Below are positions 31,682 to 41,507 of a stretch of DNA of 64,000 bases, one piece after another. Source of the stretch: Verrucomicrobiota bacterium. Its GTDB lineage: Bacteria; Verrucomicrobiota; Verrucomicrobiia; Opitutales; Cerasicoccaceae. The stretch is from NCBI GenBank assembly GCA_039818205.1, contig JBCBUK010000001.1:160001-224000 (forward strand), read 5' to 3'. How positions within the stretch are numbered: position 1 is the first letter of the stretch; every line of letters starts with the position of its first letter. A model generated the notes under the pieces. It did not search any database. It was not told where the DNA came from and saw only the letters and a list, made by a program, of their open reading frames with translations. The position numbers and the translations under genes are program-made.

Positions 31682-32770
31682 ATGCCCATTTCCCGTAAAC
31701 ATAGACAAAGGCTGTTCTGGATCGCGCATTCCGTTGGTTGGGGAGCAACGGCGCTCAACGCCGTCAACATGGTTCGCCTTCTCGAGGTCATGGGGGCTGG
31801 AATTCATGCACCGGCGGTAGCAATTTTACTGGGTATCGTCCGTGCGATCATTGGCTTTGTGTTCTCTGCAAGCTTGCTCAGGTACCTTCTTCGGATAGCC
31901 CGTAAGCAGTTCCGCATTCCCGGCCAGTTCGGAATATTGATTCCCTCGGCATTTCTGGTAACAGCGCTGGATACTGCCTTTTCGATTACGGTGCTTCAAA
32001 TCCTCGGCCTCTCGGAAAGTGACCCAATTATAACTAACATGGTCGCCGGAACGATCTTGGCTCGGGTATTTATTTACATGACCTGGGGCGGGCTCTATCT
32101 CGTAATCACTCATTTTTTTGACGTCCAGGACGAGCTGCGCCGGACGGAATCCATCAAACAGGCCGCCCAGGTGGCCGAGTTGCAGGCGCTTCGAGCCCAG
32201 ATCAATCCCCATTTCCTTTTCAACTCGCTAAACTCGGTGGTCGCCGAACTGCGGAATCCGGCCGTAGCTGAGGAAATTGCGTTAGCCCTTTCGAACTACC
32301 TACGCTACTCCTTACAATACGAGGGGCAATGGCGTCCTTTTGGTGAGGAACTAGCGGCCATTGAAAGTTATCTAAGCGTTGAATCCCATCGATTTGCTGG
32401 GCGGTTTGAGTATTCGGTCTCAGCGAACGAAACGACCCGCAATTTTCTCGCACCAACAGCACTCCTCTTACCCCTGGTTGAAAATGCAGTGAAGTATGGT
32501 CAACAAACGAGCCCACCCCCATTACGCATTGAGATAGTCGCGAACACGGAAGATGCCATCCTGCATCTAACTGTTTCCAATACAGGAACGTGGATTGCCC
32601 CCAGTGAGGATGGGCGAGACCGAATTGGCCTCGCCAACCTGCGCAGGCGGCTGGAACTTTTGGGCGAGAACGTCCACTTCGAAGTCAAACCTGTGGACAA
32701 TCAAGTGGTGGCAACCATTGCATTTTCGCCATCAGTAGATACGGTAAACTGTGAGTCCATCTCAGACTAG
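31682..32770 (+). CDS. LytS/YehU-type sensor histidine kinase
   Basis: Four TM segments; LRAQINPHFLFNSLN; LVENAVKYG; IGLANLRRRL. Confidence 0.9.
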   Translation: MPISRKHRQRLFWIAHSVGWGATALNAVNMVRLLEVMGAGIHAPAVAILLGIVRAIIGFVFSASLLRYLLRIARKQFRIPGQFGILIPSAFLVTALDTAFSITVLQILGLSESDPIITNMVAGTILARVFIYMTWGGLYLVITHFFDVQDELRRTESIKQAAQVAELQALRAQINPHFLFNSLNSVVAELRNPAVAEEIALALSNYLRYSLQYEGQWRPFGEELAAIESYLSVESHRFAGRFEYSVSANETTRNFLAPTALLLPLVENAVKYGQQTSPPPLRIEIVANTEDAILHLTVSNTGTWIAPSEDGRDRIGLANLRRRLELLGENVHFEVKPVDNQVVATIAFSPSVDTVNCESISD

Positions 32771-33482
32771 CCTACATCTCCTTATCGTCGATGATGAGCA
32801 CGCCGGGCGCGCCCGCACGCGAACGCTATTAGAATCCGAGTGCGTTGGCGCGACTATCTTCGAAGCCGAATCACTAGGCGATGCACGGGCTGTGCTGGCG
32901 GGAGGACCGGTGGACGTCGTGTTTCTTGATATCCATATGCCACCTGAAAATGGCTTCGATCTATTGACGGATGTTCCACCACAAACCGCAATCGTGTTCG
33001 TGACGGCTCATGATGCCTATGCGATCCGTGCCTTCGAGGTCAATGCGGTCGACTATCTACTCAAGCCAGTCGACCCAGCACGTCTCCGAACAACATTGTT
33101 TCGACTCCAGGATAACCGCCCGGAACCCAAGGTCGCTGATCCCACTAGGCGATCAGAACAAGTAATTTTTCGAGATGGACGCTCCTGGCATCAGCTTTCG
33201 GCGAGTGAAATTGCCCTCATTCGCGCCGATGGCGCCTATTCAATCTTGGTAACAGCTGCTGGCGAAGAGTACATGGTCATCCGGTCATTGCGTGACTGGA
33301 TTGAGGCCCTTCCACAGGCGAGCTTTTTGCGCCTCAGTCGCTCATTGATCGTCAATACCACCCGAATAGACCGAGTTGATATCTCCGGTCGTGACAAGGG
33401 AGAACTATGGTTGCGCGGTTTAACACGGCCGGTTCCCCTTCGCCGAACCGCGATCAACAATCTCCGAAAAAGCCTGCCATAG
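32751..33482 (+). CDS. LytTR-family response regulator
   Basis: IVDDE, FLDIHMP, AFEVNAVDYLLKPV, FLRLSRSLIVN; overlaps the kinase stop. Confidence 0.9.
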   Translation: MSPSQTSLHLLIVDDEHAGRARTRTLLESECVGATIFEAESLGDARAVLAGGPVDVVFLDIHMPPENGFDLLTDVPPQTAIVFVTAHDAYAIRAFEVNAVDYLLKPVDPARLRTTLFRLQDNRPEPKVADPTRRSEQVIFRDGRSWHQLSASEIALIRADGAYSILVTAAGEEYMVIRSLRDWIEALPQASFLRLSRSLIVNTTRIDRVDISGRDKGELWLRGLTRPVPLRRTAINNLRKSLP

Positions 33483-33570
33483 ATAAGTTTGATGCCGGGT
33501 TCACAAACGAAATTGCCCGATTCAGCCATTCGGTATTTCGCCGATCGTTAAGGATTCTCATACCATTGGC

Positions 33571-34977
33571 ATGGCTACGAACATTTTCGCTCATTTCTAC
33601 ACCAAGACAGCTACGTCTTGCTCCTCACTATTGTTAGTCGGGTCGGTCCTAATTTCTCCTTCGACAACAAACGCGATTTCCTTCCTATCAACCTACACGC
33701 TATCCGGAGATAGTTCGGGTGACGATTTCGGCACCGCAGTCAGCGGCGTCGCCGACCTAGATGGAGACAATATTCCCGACCTGCTCATCGGGGCACCCGG
33801 AGTAGTTGTCGGTAGCGGCCGAAGAGCCCAAAATTTTGGCATGGTTCGGGTCATATCCGGCTCCGATGGTTCGGTCATTCGGAGTATTATCGGCGACAAT
33901 GTAAATGGTAATCTCGGGACCTCCGTTAGCGGTTTGGGAGACATCAACAACGACGGTCGAGCTGATTTCGTTGCAGGTGCCCCCGGTAGCTCGAACGAGC
34001 TCGGCAGTGCCCACGTCTACTCGGGCCTAGATGGCTCGACCTTGCATGACTTTGACGGTTCGAGTCCCGATAGAAACTTCGGCAGCGCGGTCAGCGGCAT
34101 TGGGGATGTCGACGGTGACCAACGACCCGATATTGTTGTTGGCACTCGACTGGACTCGGTATTTACCAACGTCGGGCGCGTATCCGTATACTCTGGCGCG
34201 AACGGAAGCGAGTTGCTCGGGCTCAGCGGTGGACAGTTCGACGGACAGTTTGGCACATCAGTCGCCGGAATCGCAGATATCAACAATGATGGTCGCGCCG
34301 ATCTGGTTGTCGGAGAACCGGGAAGCAACAATCTTCGAGGTACGGTTAGAGCCATCTCGGGCAGCGATGGCGGTCAGATTTTTCAAGTTGATAACGTGGA
34401 CCTGGACGACGACTTTGGATTCTCGATAAGCGAAGCGGGCGATGTGAACAATGACGGCGTGGTGGACTTTGTCGTTGGCGCACCCGAAATTTTCTCAGGA
34501 AGCGGATACATTGCGGTCATCTCCGGAGCGGGATTTGAGGGCGGGACAGCAAATCCCGAGATTCTAAATGTATCCGGAGCAACTCAAAACGAAGCGTTTG
34601 GCCACTCCGTCAGCGGACTCGGTGATGTCAATGAAGATGGATATGATGATTTACTAATCGGGGCACCAACCGCGAGCGACAATGGCACGTTCAGCGGAAA
34701 GACAATCGTGATCTCAGGCCTCGATGGCTCGACGCTGTTCTCGTTCGTGGGGGACGGGGCGAACGATCAGTTCGGTTCATCGGTCAGCGCTGCGGGTGAC
34801 CTTAATGGCGACGGCATAACTGATTTTATTGTCGGCGCCCCAAACGGCGGTGAAAACGATGGTGGCTACGCTCGCGTATACCTGAGCCAAGTGCCGGAGC
34901 CATCGCAATTCGCGAGCATCGCGGGCGTCCTGGTACTATCGATGGTTTGGTGGCTGAAAAGAAGACCTATCGGTTAG
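33571..34977 (+). CDS. FG-GAP (integrin-alpha-like) beta-propeller protein with PEP-CTERM
   Basis: Seven FGxSV...GD(I/V/L)NxDG..D...GAP repeats; VPEPSQFA...KRR. Confidence 0.9.
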   Translation: MATNIFAHFYTKTATSCSSLLLVGSVLISPSTTNAISFLSTYTLSGDSSGDDFGTAVSGVADLDGDNIPDLLIGAPGVVVGSGRRAQNFGMVRVISGSDGSVIRSIIGDNVNGNLGTSVSGLGDINNDGRADFVAGAPGSSNELGSAHVYSGLDGSTLHDFDGSSPDRNFGSAVSGIGDVDGDQRPDIVVGTRLDSVFTNVGRVSVYSGANGSELLGLSGGQFDGQFGTSVAGIADINNDGRADLVVGEPGSNNLRGTVRAISGSDGGQIFQVDNVDLDDDFGFSISEAGDVNNDGVVDFVVGAPEIFSGSGYIAVISGAGFEGGTANPEILNVSGATQNEAFGHSVSGLGDVNEDGYDDLLIGAPTASDNGTFSGKTIVISGLDGSTLFSFVGDGANDQFGSSVSAAGDLNGDGITDFIVGAPNGGENDGGYARVYLSQVPEPSQFASIAGVLVLSMVWWLKRRPIG

Positions 34978-35005
34978 CATAAAGCATTTCAACCAAAGAC
35001 ATCAC

Positions 35006-35360
35006 TCAATCACCCGCAATCTGGGCGTTATCAAGGTTTTCCAGATCCGTGCGCTGGTGAAACGTTGCGAGCCTCTTGAGCCAATGGACATAGGTCTTCT
35101 CCGTTTGCCACTGATACTGGCGAACCCGGATCAAGCGGATCAATTGATGCTGCCATTTGGAGGATGGCTCATTGCGACGAGGTCGGTTCCATTGTTTATC
35201 ACGCTCGCTGGAGAGCTTGGTGACCAAAGGCCGGGACTGTTGCGATGGACGGTGGTCAAATTGATGACCGAGACGTTTTCGTAGCCCGTTTCGGAAAAAC
35301 CAATTGATCGCGATTTTCCATTTATTCGCAATGCCGGAGCTGGCTTGCTTGGCTTCCAAC
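35006..35360 (-). pseudogene. Fragment of an integron-type tyrosine integrase (N-terminal SAM-like region only)
   Basis: [10 protein letters not shown]...WQHQLIRLIRVRQYQWQTEKTYVHWLKR matches the IntI 'R.RHYS.RTE..Y..W..R' region; no catalytic domain follows. Confidence 0.65.
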
Positions 35361-35363
35361 ACT

Positions 35364-35471
35364 CTCAACTTCACCGATAGCAGCCACCTAGCGCGGGCGT
35401 TTAAGAAAACGTACGGGATGACGATCTCGGAGTTCAAAGCCATTGGCGGTAACACTTGCCGAGTGGCCTAA
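35364..35471 (+). pseudogene. Orphan 3' fragment of an AraC gene, a diverged copy of 31180-31284
   Basis: Translates [35 protein letters not shown]; 27/29 aa identical to the AraC C-terminus. Confidence 0.9.
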
Positions 35472-35579
35472 CCGCGGACCCACCAACCACACCGCGCCCA
35501 GCCAACGTATCTCATTTGTAACCTAACGTAATAAAATCAGCCGTTGACACCCTACAAGGCAAGCACAAGCTATTATGGT

Positions 35580-38402
35580 ATGATGCTTCGTAAAGCCCTG
35601 CGACCGCTGACCTTTTATTTTCAACTCTTTGCCCTGTTCGTTGCTAGTTCGATTACTGCTGTCGCAGTGACGGTTACCTTCGACCTCGATGACAAAGGCA
35701 CCCACGCCGGCGGCGGCGAGCTGGTCCAAATGATCGATTCTGGCACGGCGGCCATTGCGCCCACGGTTTCCGCCAGTGCCGGATGGTTCTTTGATTCCTG
35801 GGATACTGATTTTTCCAATGTGACAACGGACATCACAGTCAAAGCACTCTACCGCCCGGTCTTCACCGTGAGCTTCGACCTCGACGGAAAAGGAACACGC
35901 ACCGGGGGCGGCGAACTCATCCAAGAAGTCGTTTTTGGCAGCCCAGCCATCGCCCCCGAAGTCGACGCGGATACCGGCTTTGTCTTTGGCGGTTGGGACC
36001 ATGACTTCTCTTCGGTTACCGCCCATCTCCTGGTGACCGCAAAGATGCTACCCGCCTACACGGTAACGTTCGACATTAGCCCGCGAGGGACGCTTACGTC
36101 GGGGGAGTTGGTTCAGGTCGTCGGCGAGGGCCGAGCAGCAACGGCACCCGAGTTCACAGTCGATACCGACTGGGCATTTGCTAGCTGGGATACGGCCTTT
36201 GACTCCGTTGCCGAGGATGTGACGGTAATGGCAGTCTACGAGTCCACAATTCTCCCGACCTATACGGTTACGTTTGACTTAGACGGAAAAGCAACGCACA
36301 CTGGCGGCGGCAATTTGGTGCAACAGATTGAAGAAGGTGGTGCGGCGATTGAACCAGGCGTGGAAGCACTGCCCGATTTTCAGTTCGATGGCTGGGACAG
36401 CGATTTCGACAACATCACTTCGGACCTCACAGTAACGGCCAATTACACTCCGTTCTACACAGTCACCTTTGACCTTGGAGTTCATGGCACCCTCCTTGCC
36501 GGATCCTTGACCCAGAAAATTCTTGAAGGAGAACCGGCAATCCAACCGGTTTTTGCCGAAAGCGACGGCTGGGCATTTTCTGGTTGGGACCAGGGTATTT
36601 CCCGAATACTTGAAGACACAACCCTCACGGCTCAATACCTGCCCTCGAAGGACACAGTAGTTTCCGGAACCGAGATTTTCTTGAGTAGTTTAAAAAATGG
36701 ATACTTCGCCGGAGGCGTCGGTGCGCATGTCGCCATAGACGGTGACTGGGCAATTGCGTCCCGAGGCAATAATGAATTGAAAAATTATCTCGATATTTTT
36801 TCCCGAAATGAGGACGGATGGGAGCCCGTCTCTCAATTTCGTGGCCCATCCAATCGGGACTATATTTCTAACTTTTTTGGAATACCCGCAAAAATCAGCG
36901 GCAGGACAATTCTTACCCGAACAAAAAACTTAATTAATTCGGGCAAATATGACATTCATTTATACGACGGGCCAAGGCAATTTCCTGAAGACTTTGATAA
37001 CGATTTCGGCTTCAGCCAAAGTGGGTGGCAGTGCCTAGATATTGATGGCGACACACTCATCTTCGCCGTTGTCCCGAGGTTTAATTCTACGAATGACTTT
37101 AGTGGTCAGGTCCATATTTATGAACGGGGGGTTGAAGAGTGGTCGCTCGCTCAGATCTACGACGGAGACTCTACCGATTCGATAAATTCCTTTGGGAGAG
37201 CAGTTGCTATCTGTAACGATACCATCATCGTCACTGCATGGCCGAATCGGGCCAGCGACCCCGATCTAAACATTGGAGGGAGCGCCCACATCTTGGTCAG
37301 GAAGACTGATGGCACATGGGAAGAACAAGCAGTTCTGGATGCGGATTTAGACGGCGTCGCGCACATATTTGGAGGATCCGCCGCCATCTCCGGAGATACC
37401 GCCATGGTTTCGGCGGTCTGGCTTGATATAGAAACCAACACCTATAACCGAGGAATCTACGTATTCGTTCGTGCTGGCACTTTTTGGGCGCGGCAGGCTG
37501 TCATCACGACCAAAACTGATGTATCCTTTGCTAACAATAGCGAGCCCGCGTTTTCGCTTTGGGGCCGAAAACTAGTGGTTTCGGATGACGATGAGACTGG
37601 CAATCTATATACAAAAGTATTCATCCAAGATGGCAGCGTCTGGCGCGAGACGGCCCAACTACCAAGAGCTAGCAAGAATCTTTCAATTAGCGGAAATACC
37701 GTTGTCCTCGGATTTCCGAAAACGATGATCTTTGACCCCATGTATTATTGGGACCCGTGGTTTGCCACAGGCTCCGTCGTCTTCTACGATCTAGCCGCAA
37801 CAAATTATAGGGTGAGGTTTGACCTAAGCGGCCGGGCCTACCCCACGGAAGGCGGAGAACTTCTCCAAGTGATTGAACCCGGTGGGGATGCTGAGGCACC
37901 AATGACCAATAACTTAGAAGGTTGGCTTTTCACCAGTTGGAATTCCGAATTTACAAACGTTACTAGTGATCTTGTCGTAGAAGCAAATTTCCTTAGAGAC
38001 ATTGACGAAGATACAATCCCAGACGATTGGGAGAGAAAGTATTTTGCCAATCCCTTTATTGCGAATACAGAGACGAATTCCGATTCCGATGAGTTTTCTG
38101 ATGGCCAAGAATTCGTCATCGGGAGCGATCCCACTGATGGCAGCGATTACTTTACCATCACCGAACAAACTTTCAATGGAGCCAATTCGCAGCTAACTGT
38201 ACGGTTCCGCTCCAGCGACGATCACCCACAACGTCGCTACCGCATCCTCACCAGCAGCGACCTAGTACAAGACTCCTGGCAACCACTAGCGGGCGCTGAG
38301 GCAATCGTACCGGACAGTGGCGACTACACTGAATTCACGATTACTATTCCAGAATCTGACGAACGTCGTTTCTTCAAACTGGAAGCCTTTATGCAGAACT
38401 GA
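35580..38402 (+). CDS. Surface protein: InlB-B/Listeria-Bacteroides-type repeats, FG-GAP-like propeller, C-terminal verrucomicrobial module
   Basis: Six xTVxFDL..G...G.L.Q...W...F units; FGRAVAI and FGGSAAISGD; DIDEDTIPDDWE, SSDLVQDSW, RRFFKL. Confidence 0.8.
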   Translation: MMLRKALRPLTFYFQLFALFVASSITAVAVTVTFDLDDKGTHAGGGELVQMIDSGTAAIAPTVSASAGWFFDSWDTDFSNVTTDITVKALYRPVFTVSFDLDGKGTRTGGGELIQEVVFGSPAIAPEVDADTGFVFGGWDHDFSSVTAHLLVTAKMLPAYTVTFDISPRGTLTSGELVQVVGEGRAATAPEFTVDTDWAFASWDTAFDSVAEDVTVMAVYESTILPTYTVTFDLDGKATHTGGGNLVQQIEEGGAAIEPGVEALPDFQFDGWDSDFDNITSDLTVTANYTPFYTVTFDLGVHGTLLAGSLTQKILEGEPAIQPVFAESDGWAFSGWDQGISRILEDTTLTAQYLPSKDTVVSGTEIFLSSLKNGYFAGGVGAHVAIDGDWAIASRGNNELKNYLDIFSRNEDGWEPVSQFRGPSNRDYISNFFGIPAKISGRTILTRTKNLINSGKYDIHLYDGPRQFPEDFDNDFGFSQSGWQCLDIDGDTLIFAVVPRFNSTNDFSGQVHIYERGVEEWSLAQIYDGDSTDSINSFGRAVAICNDTIIVTAWPNRASDPDLNIGGSAHILVRKTDGTWEEQAVLDADLDGVAHIFGGSAAISGDTAMVSAVWLDIETNTYNRGIYVFVRAGTFWARQAVITTKTDVSFANNSEPAFSLWGRKLVVSDDDETGNLYTKVFIQDGSVWRETAQLPRASKNLSISGNTVVLGFPKTMIFDPMYYWDPWFATGSVVFYDLAATNYRVRFDLSGRAYPTEGGELLQVIEPGGDAEAPMTNNLEGWLFTSWNSEFTNVTSDLVVEANFLRDIDEDTIPDDWERKYFANPFIANTETNSDSDEFSDGQEFVIGSDPTDGSDYFTITEQTFNGANSQLTVRFRSSDDHPQRRYRILTSSDLVQDSWQPLAGAEAIVPDSGDYTEFTITIPESDERRFFKLEAFMQN

Positions 38403-38542
38403 TCGGCAAAACTCCCCGTCGATCTATCAGAAGACTCTCTGTTCCTGTCGAGGCTGCTCTAATTGAACTCTTCCTTCCGCCCGGGAATCATTCTCAGAGT
38501 CTCGCATCCCCCTTAGGATGCCACAGGACACAAGGTCCAAAA

Positions 38543-38617
38543 TGGCTGCCCGGGCTGGGATCGAACCAGCGACAAAGTGGTTAACAGCCACCTGCTCTAC
38601 CGCTGAGCTACCGGGCA
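38543..38617 (-). tRNA. tRNA-Asn (GTT)
   Basis: TGCCCGG TAGCTCAGCGGTAGAGC AGGTGGCT-GTT-AACCAC...GGTTCGATCC..CCGGGCA GCCA; complete cloverleaf with CCA. Confidence 0.97.
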
Positions 38618-38743
38618 ATCAAAGTAGGCGGAGTATGCCTCCGACTTTCCGCTTGGCAAGGGAAAGTTTAAAAAAAATTTCCGCAGCAATTCCTGAGTCA
38701 TTTGTTTCATTTCTCAAACCGCATAAATACTAGTCTAAGCAGC

Positions 38744-39577
38744 TTACAGCGAATCATTTAAAAATGTGCGAAGCCCTTGGTTAAACAAGTCCGGGTTCTC
38801 CAAAAAACAGAAATGGCTTCCCCCCTCGGAGGCAGGAATCAGACAAAAAGACGAGCTTGGAAACTGCTCGTGAATCCACTCCTGCGACCGAGGATAACTC
38901 GCCTCCCCGGCCATTACCAAAGTCGGAATGTTGATCGTCGAAAGTATATCTCGAGAATCGCTCAATGCGGTTTCCCTCAGCAAGAATGCTGCATGACGCC
39001 GCGGCATCTTCAAATTTTCCTCGATCACCCATTCGAGTATGTCTTGCGAAACTCGCCGGGTAAACAAATTCGGCAGAAACTCGCGGGTTGCGTCTACTCC
39101 CTCCGGACTTGCTAACCGATGGCAAAGGGCCTCCAGCGAGGCGAATTCCATGTGCCCACCATAGTTGAGGCGTTCCTGCTCAGTCCAGCTGGGGTCATTC
39201 AGGATGCGAGGTGTCTGATCGATCGTCACCAGGCGTGAAATTCGATGTGACTGAAACAGCTCCCAAAAATTCCAGATCACTTTTGCCCCCATCGAATGCC
39301 CAATCAGGGTCGCAGATTCGACATTCAAATCATCGAGCCATTCTTTGAGATCCATCGCGAGCCGGCTGTGACGATAACCGCCATTGGGCTTATCCGACTC
39401 TCCATGGCCTCGCCAATCGAGCGCCAGACATCGATGGGTATTCGAAAACTCTTCGAGCTGGAATCGAAACATCGCCGCCGTCTGCGACCAGCCGGGCAGA
39501 AAAAACAGTGGGTCCCCTTCCCCGACGTCGGTGTAATGAAGCCTGACATTATCCGAAGTGGTAAACGACTTAGCCAT
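38744..39577 (-). CDS. Alpha/beta hydrolase (non-heme haloperoxidase-like)
   Basis: LPGWSQ, DWRGHGES, GHSMG, SHFCFLE. Start MAKSF. Confidence 0.9.
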   Translation of the reverse strand: MAKSFTTSDNVRLHYTDVGEGDPLFFLPGWSQTAAMFRFQLEEFSNTHRCLALDWRGHGESDKPNGGYRHSRLAMDLKEWLDDLNVESATLIGHSMGAKVIWNFWELFQSHRISRLVTIDQTPRILNDPSWTEQERLNYGGHMEFASLEALCHRLASPEGVDATREFLPNLFTRRVSQDILEWVIEENLKMPRRHAAFLLRETALSDSRDILSTINIPTLVMAGEASYPRSQEWIHEQFPSSSFCLIPASEGGSHFCFLENPDLFNQGLRTFLNDSL

Positions 39578-39594
39578 AAAGTGAATCATCGGCA

Positions 39595-40449
39595 CTAAAA
39601 CTTCTCCGTTATGTTCTGCAGTCGATCCCACTCGGCAATATAGCGCGTTAAGTGCTCGCGTCCGTTGGCGACCTCTTTGTCGAGAAGTTCCCGCACAAGG
39701 GTCTGTTCGCGTTCGTAGGCAGCACCATCCAGCAAGCCACCGAAATGCGCCATGCGGGCCCACAACAAATGCGTCGTGAAGGCGTCGAATTCATTGTAGT
39801 CAACAACTTGCTTAACTTTGCCCAGCTCGATCAACGCCCAGACATTATCCCCGGACACGTCAACTTTGCCCGGGATACCACAGATCGTAGCCGCCTCGTG
39901 CAGCCGCGGGGTGTTTTGGCCACGCCCCAAGGCTTGCTGCAGGTCGACGTGGTAGTCACTCGCAGTGGAAAAATAGTCAACGCCCTCCCAAGGCTTGTCT
40001 GGTCGATCCCCGAAACCAAAGCCAGAGATTCCATTGACGATGGCTCTTTGGACCAAGATCGGCACATCAGCATTGCCCGAATTAAAGCCAACAAGCTGGG
40101 GCTTACTTCGCCCGATTCCTTTCAGGAATGATTCGAGAATCATACGCTCATGGCACTTCTCCGGATCTGCCGGATCGCTCGGCAGAGAAACGAGTTTCAG
40201 ATCAATACTACCGTCTTTGTGCTCCTCACGAAAAATCCCCGCGATCGAAACGATGCGGCAGAGCATCGTCTTTACCCAAGGGCGAGGATTTTCGGGGGTT
40301 GCGCCTGCGGCAGCCCACATCCGCCGAAAAGCGTCTGGAACACTGTAGGGTGGCTCATGCTTAACACCATAGAGGGCTTCTGCCGCCATGGGATCCGGGG
40401 TCCACTCAATATCGAAGGAAAGCAAGCGAGGCTGAATCGTTTTAAACAC
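39595..40449 (-). CDS. PolB-like stand-alone 3'-5' exonuclease
   Basis: FDIEW (ExoI), GFNSGNADVP (ExoII), GIPGK, YNEFD (ExoIII). Confidence 0.85.
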   Translation of the reverse strand: MFKTIQPRLLSFDIEWTPDPMAAEALYGVKHEPPYSVPDAFRRMWAAAGATPENPRPWVKTMLCRIVSIAGIFREEHKDGSIDLKLVSLPSDPADPEKCHERMILESFLKGIGRSKPQLVGFNSGNADVPILVQRAIVNGISGFGFGDRPDKPWEGVDYFSTASDYHVDLQQALGRGQNTPRLHEAATICGIPGKVDVSGDNVWALIELGKVKQVVDYNEFDAFTTHLLWARMAHFGGLLDGAAYEREQTLVRELLDKEVANGREHLTRYIAEWDRLQNITEKF

Positions 40450-40659
40450 CGTGATAGAACGACGCTTAGCCAGACAAAAAGCAATTTTAAAGCAACAGCC
40501 CGAGCTTTGTAAAATCGCCGAACAACCCCTAAAACTGGTCTATAAATTGAGTTGTGTTCGAGAAGCACGAATTCTTTGATATCGACCGACCAACGAAAAC
40601 ATCGAATTGAACTGGTCCTTCGCAAGCTGCTACACGATACATTCGCCCGACTCGACCAT

Positions 40660-41379
40660 ATGAAATCCAACCTGATTACGCGCCTTCGGCACCTGCTTTA
40701 CTACAAGACGGGTTTCGCCCGCCGTCGACTGAATGATCGTTTTAACTCAGAAAAGAATATACTGTTCATTTGGATTCCGAAAACAGCCGGCACCAGCCTA
40801 TATGATGCACTCTGCCCCTTTGGGCTATACAATATGCATCGAGTGCTCGAAGCAAAATATGTCTTTCCGCAGCGGGGCTTCGTTACCTTCAACCATGTTT
40901 CTTATCAGGAACTGCGAAAACAGGAAATCGTCTCCAAATCATTTGACGATTCGTCATACAAATTCTGCTTCGTTCGCAATCCCTACAAACGAGCGATTTC
41001 GCTTTTCCAATACCTTTACGCGGACCAATCAATCATTGGGCATCCCGAACCGACATTTCTGCAGTTTTGCCAAACGCTGCAATCGGGTGAGGTGCCACCC
41101 ATCGGGCTGTACTCCGTTGAGGGCTTGAATCAGTGCAACCCGCAGTTCGATTGGATCAAACATGTCAACATGGACTTCATCGGGAAAGTCGAGAACCTGG
41201 ACCAGGATATTGTCCAATTACAGGAGGCTTTAGGCCTCACTGAATTGAACATCCCCCACTCCAACAAATCGCGAGCGAAGAAACATCCGGCCGAACTTAC
41301 GCCAGAGACAATTTCGATCCTGAATGATTTCTACCGCGAGGACTTCGACGAATTTGGCTACGACATGATGGAGCCGTAA
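40660..41379 (+). CDS. Sulfotransferase family 2 protein
   Basis: FIWIPKTAGTS (PAPS loop), FVRNPYKRAIS, DFIGKVENL, DFDEFGY. Confidence 0.85.
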   Translation: MKSNLITRLRHLLYYKTGFARRRLNDRFNSEKNILFIWIPKTAGTSLYDALCPFGLYNMHRVLEAKYVFPQRGFVTFNHVSYQELRKQEIVSKSFDDSSYKFCFVRNPYKRAISLFQYLYADQSIIGHPEPTFLQFCQTLQSGEVPPIGLYSVEGLNQCNPQFDWIKHVNMDFIGKVENLDQDIVQLQEALGLTELNIPHSNKSRAKKHPAELTPETISILNDFYREDFDEFGYDMMEP

Positions 41380-41507
41380 ATAAAAATTTATTCCATGATC
41401 CTTTTGAATAAGTTTTACTTCTTGATTCTTTTTGCTCGCCAGCGTAAAATTGCACTCTTTAATTCCTCTACCTTTCGCAACAGAAACCAACACACACCAC
41501 TGATATC

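Noticed and set aside
35006..35455. 149-aa ORF as an intact gene
   Set aside because: Chimeric: its 5' part is the antisense of the AraC fragment, and only the remainder is integrase-like.
38427..38733. Short ORFs across the tRNA
   Set aside because: Translations of tRNA-Asn sequence.
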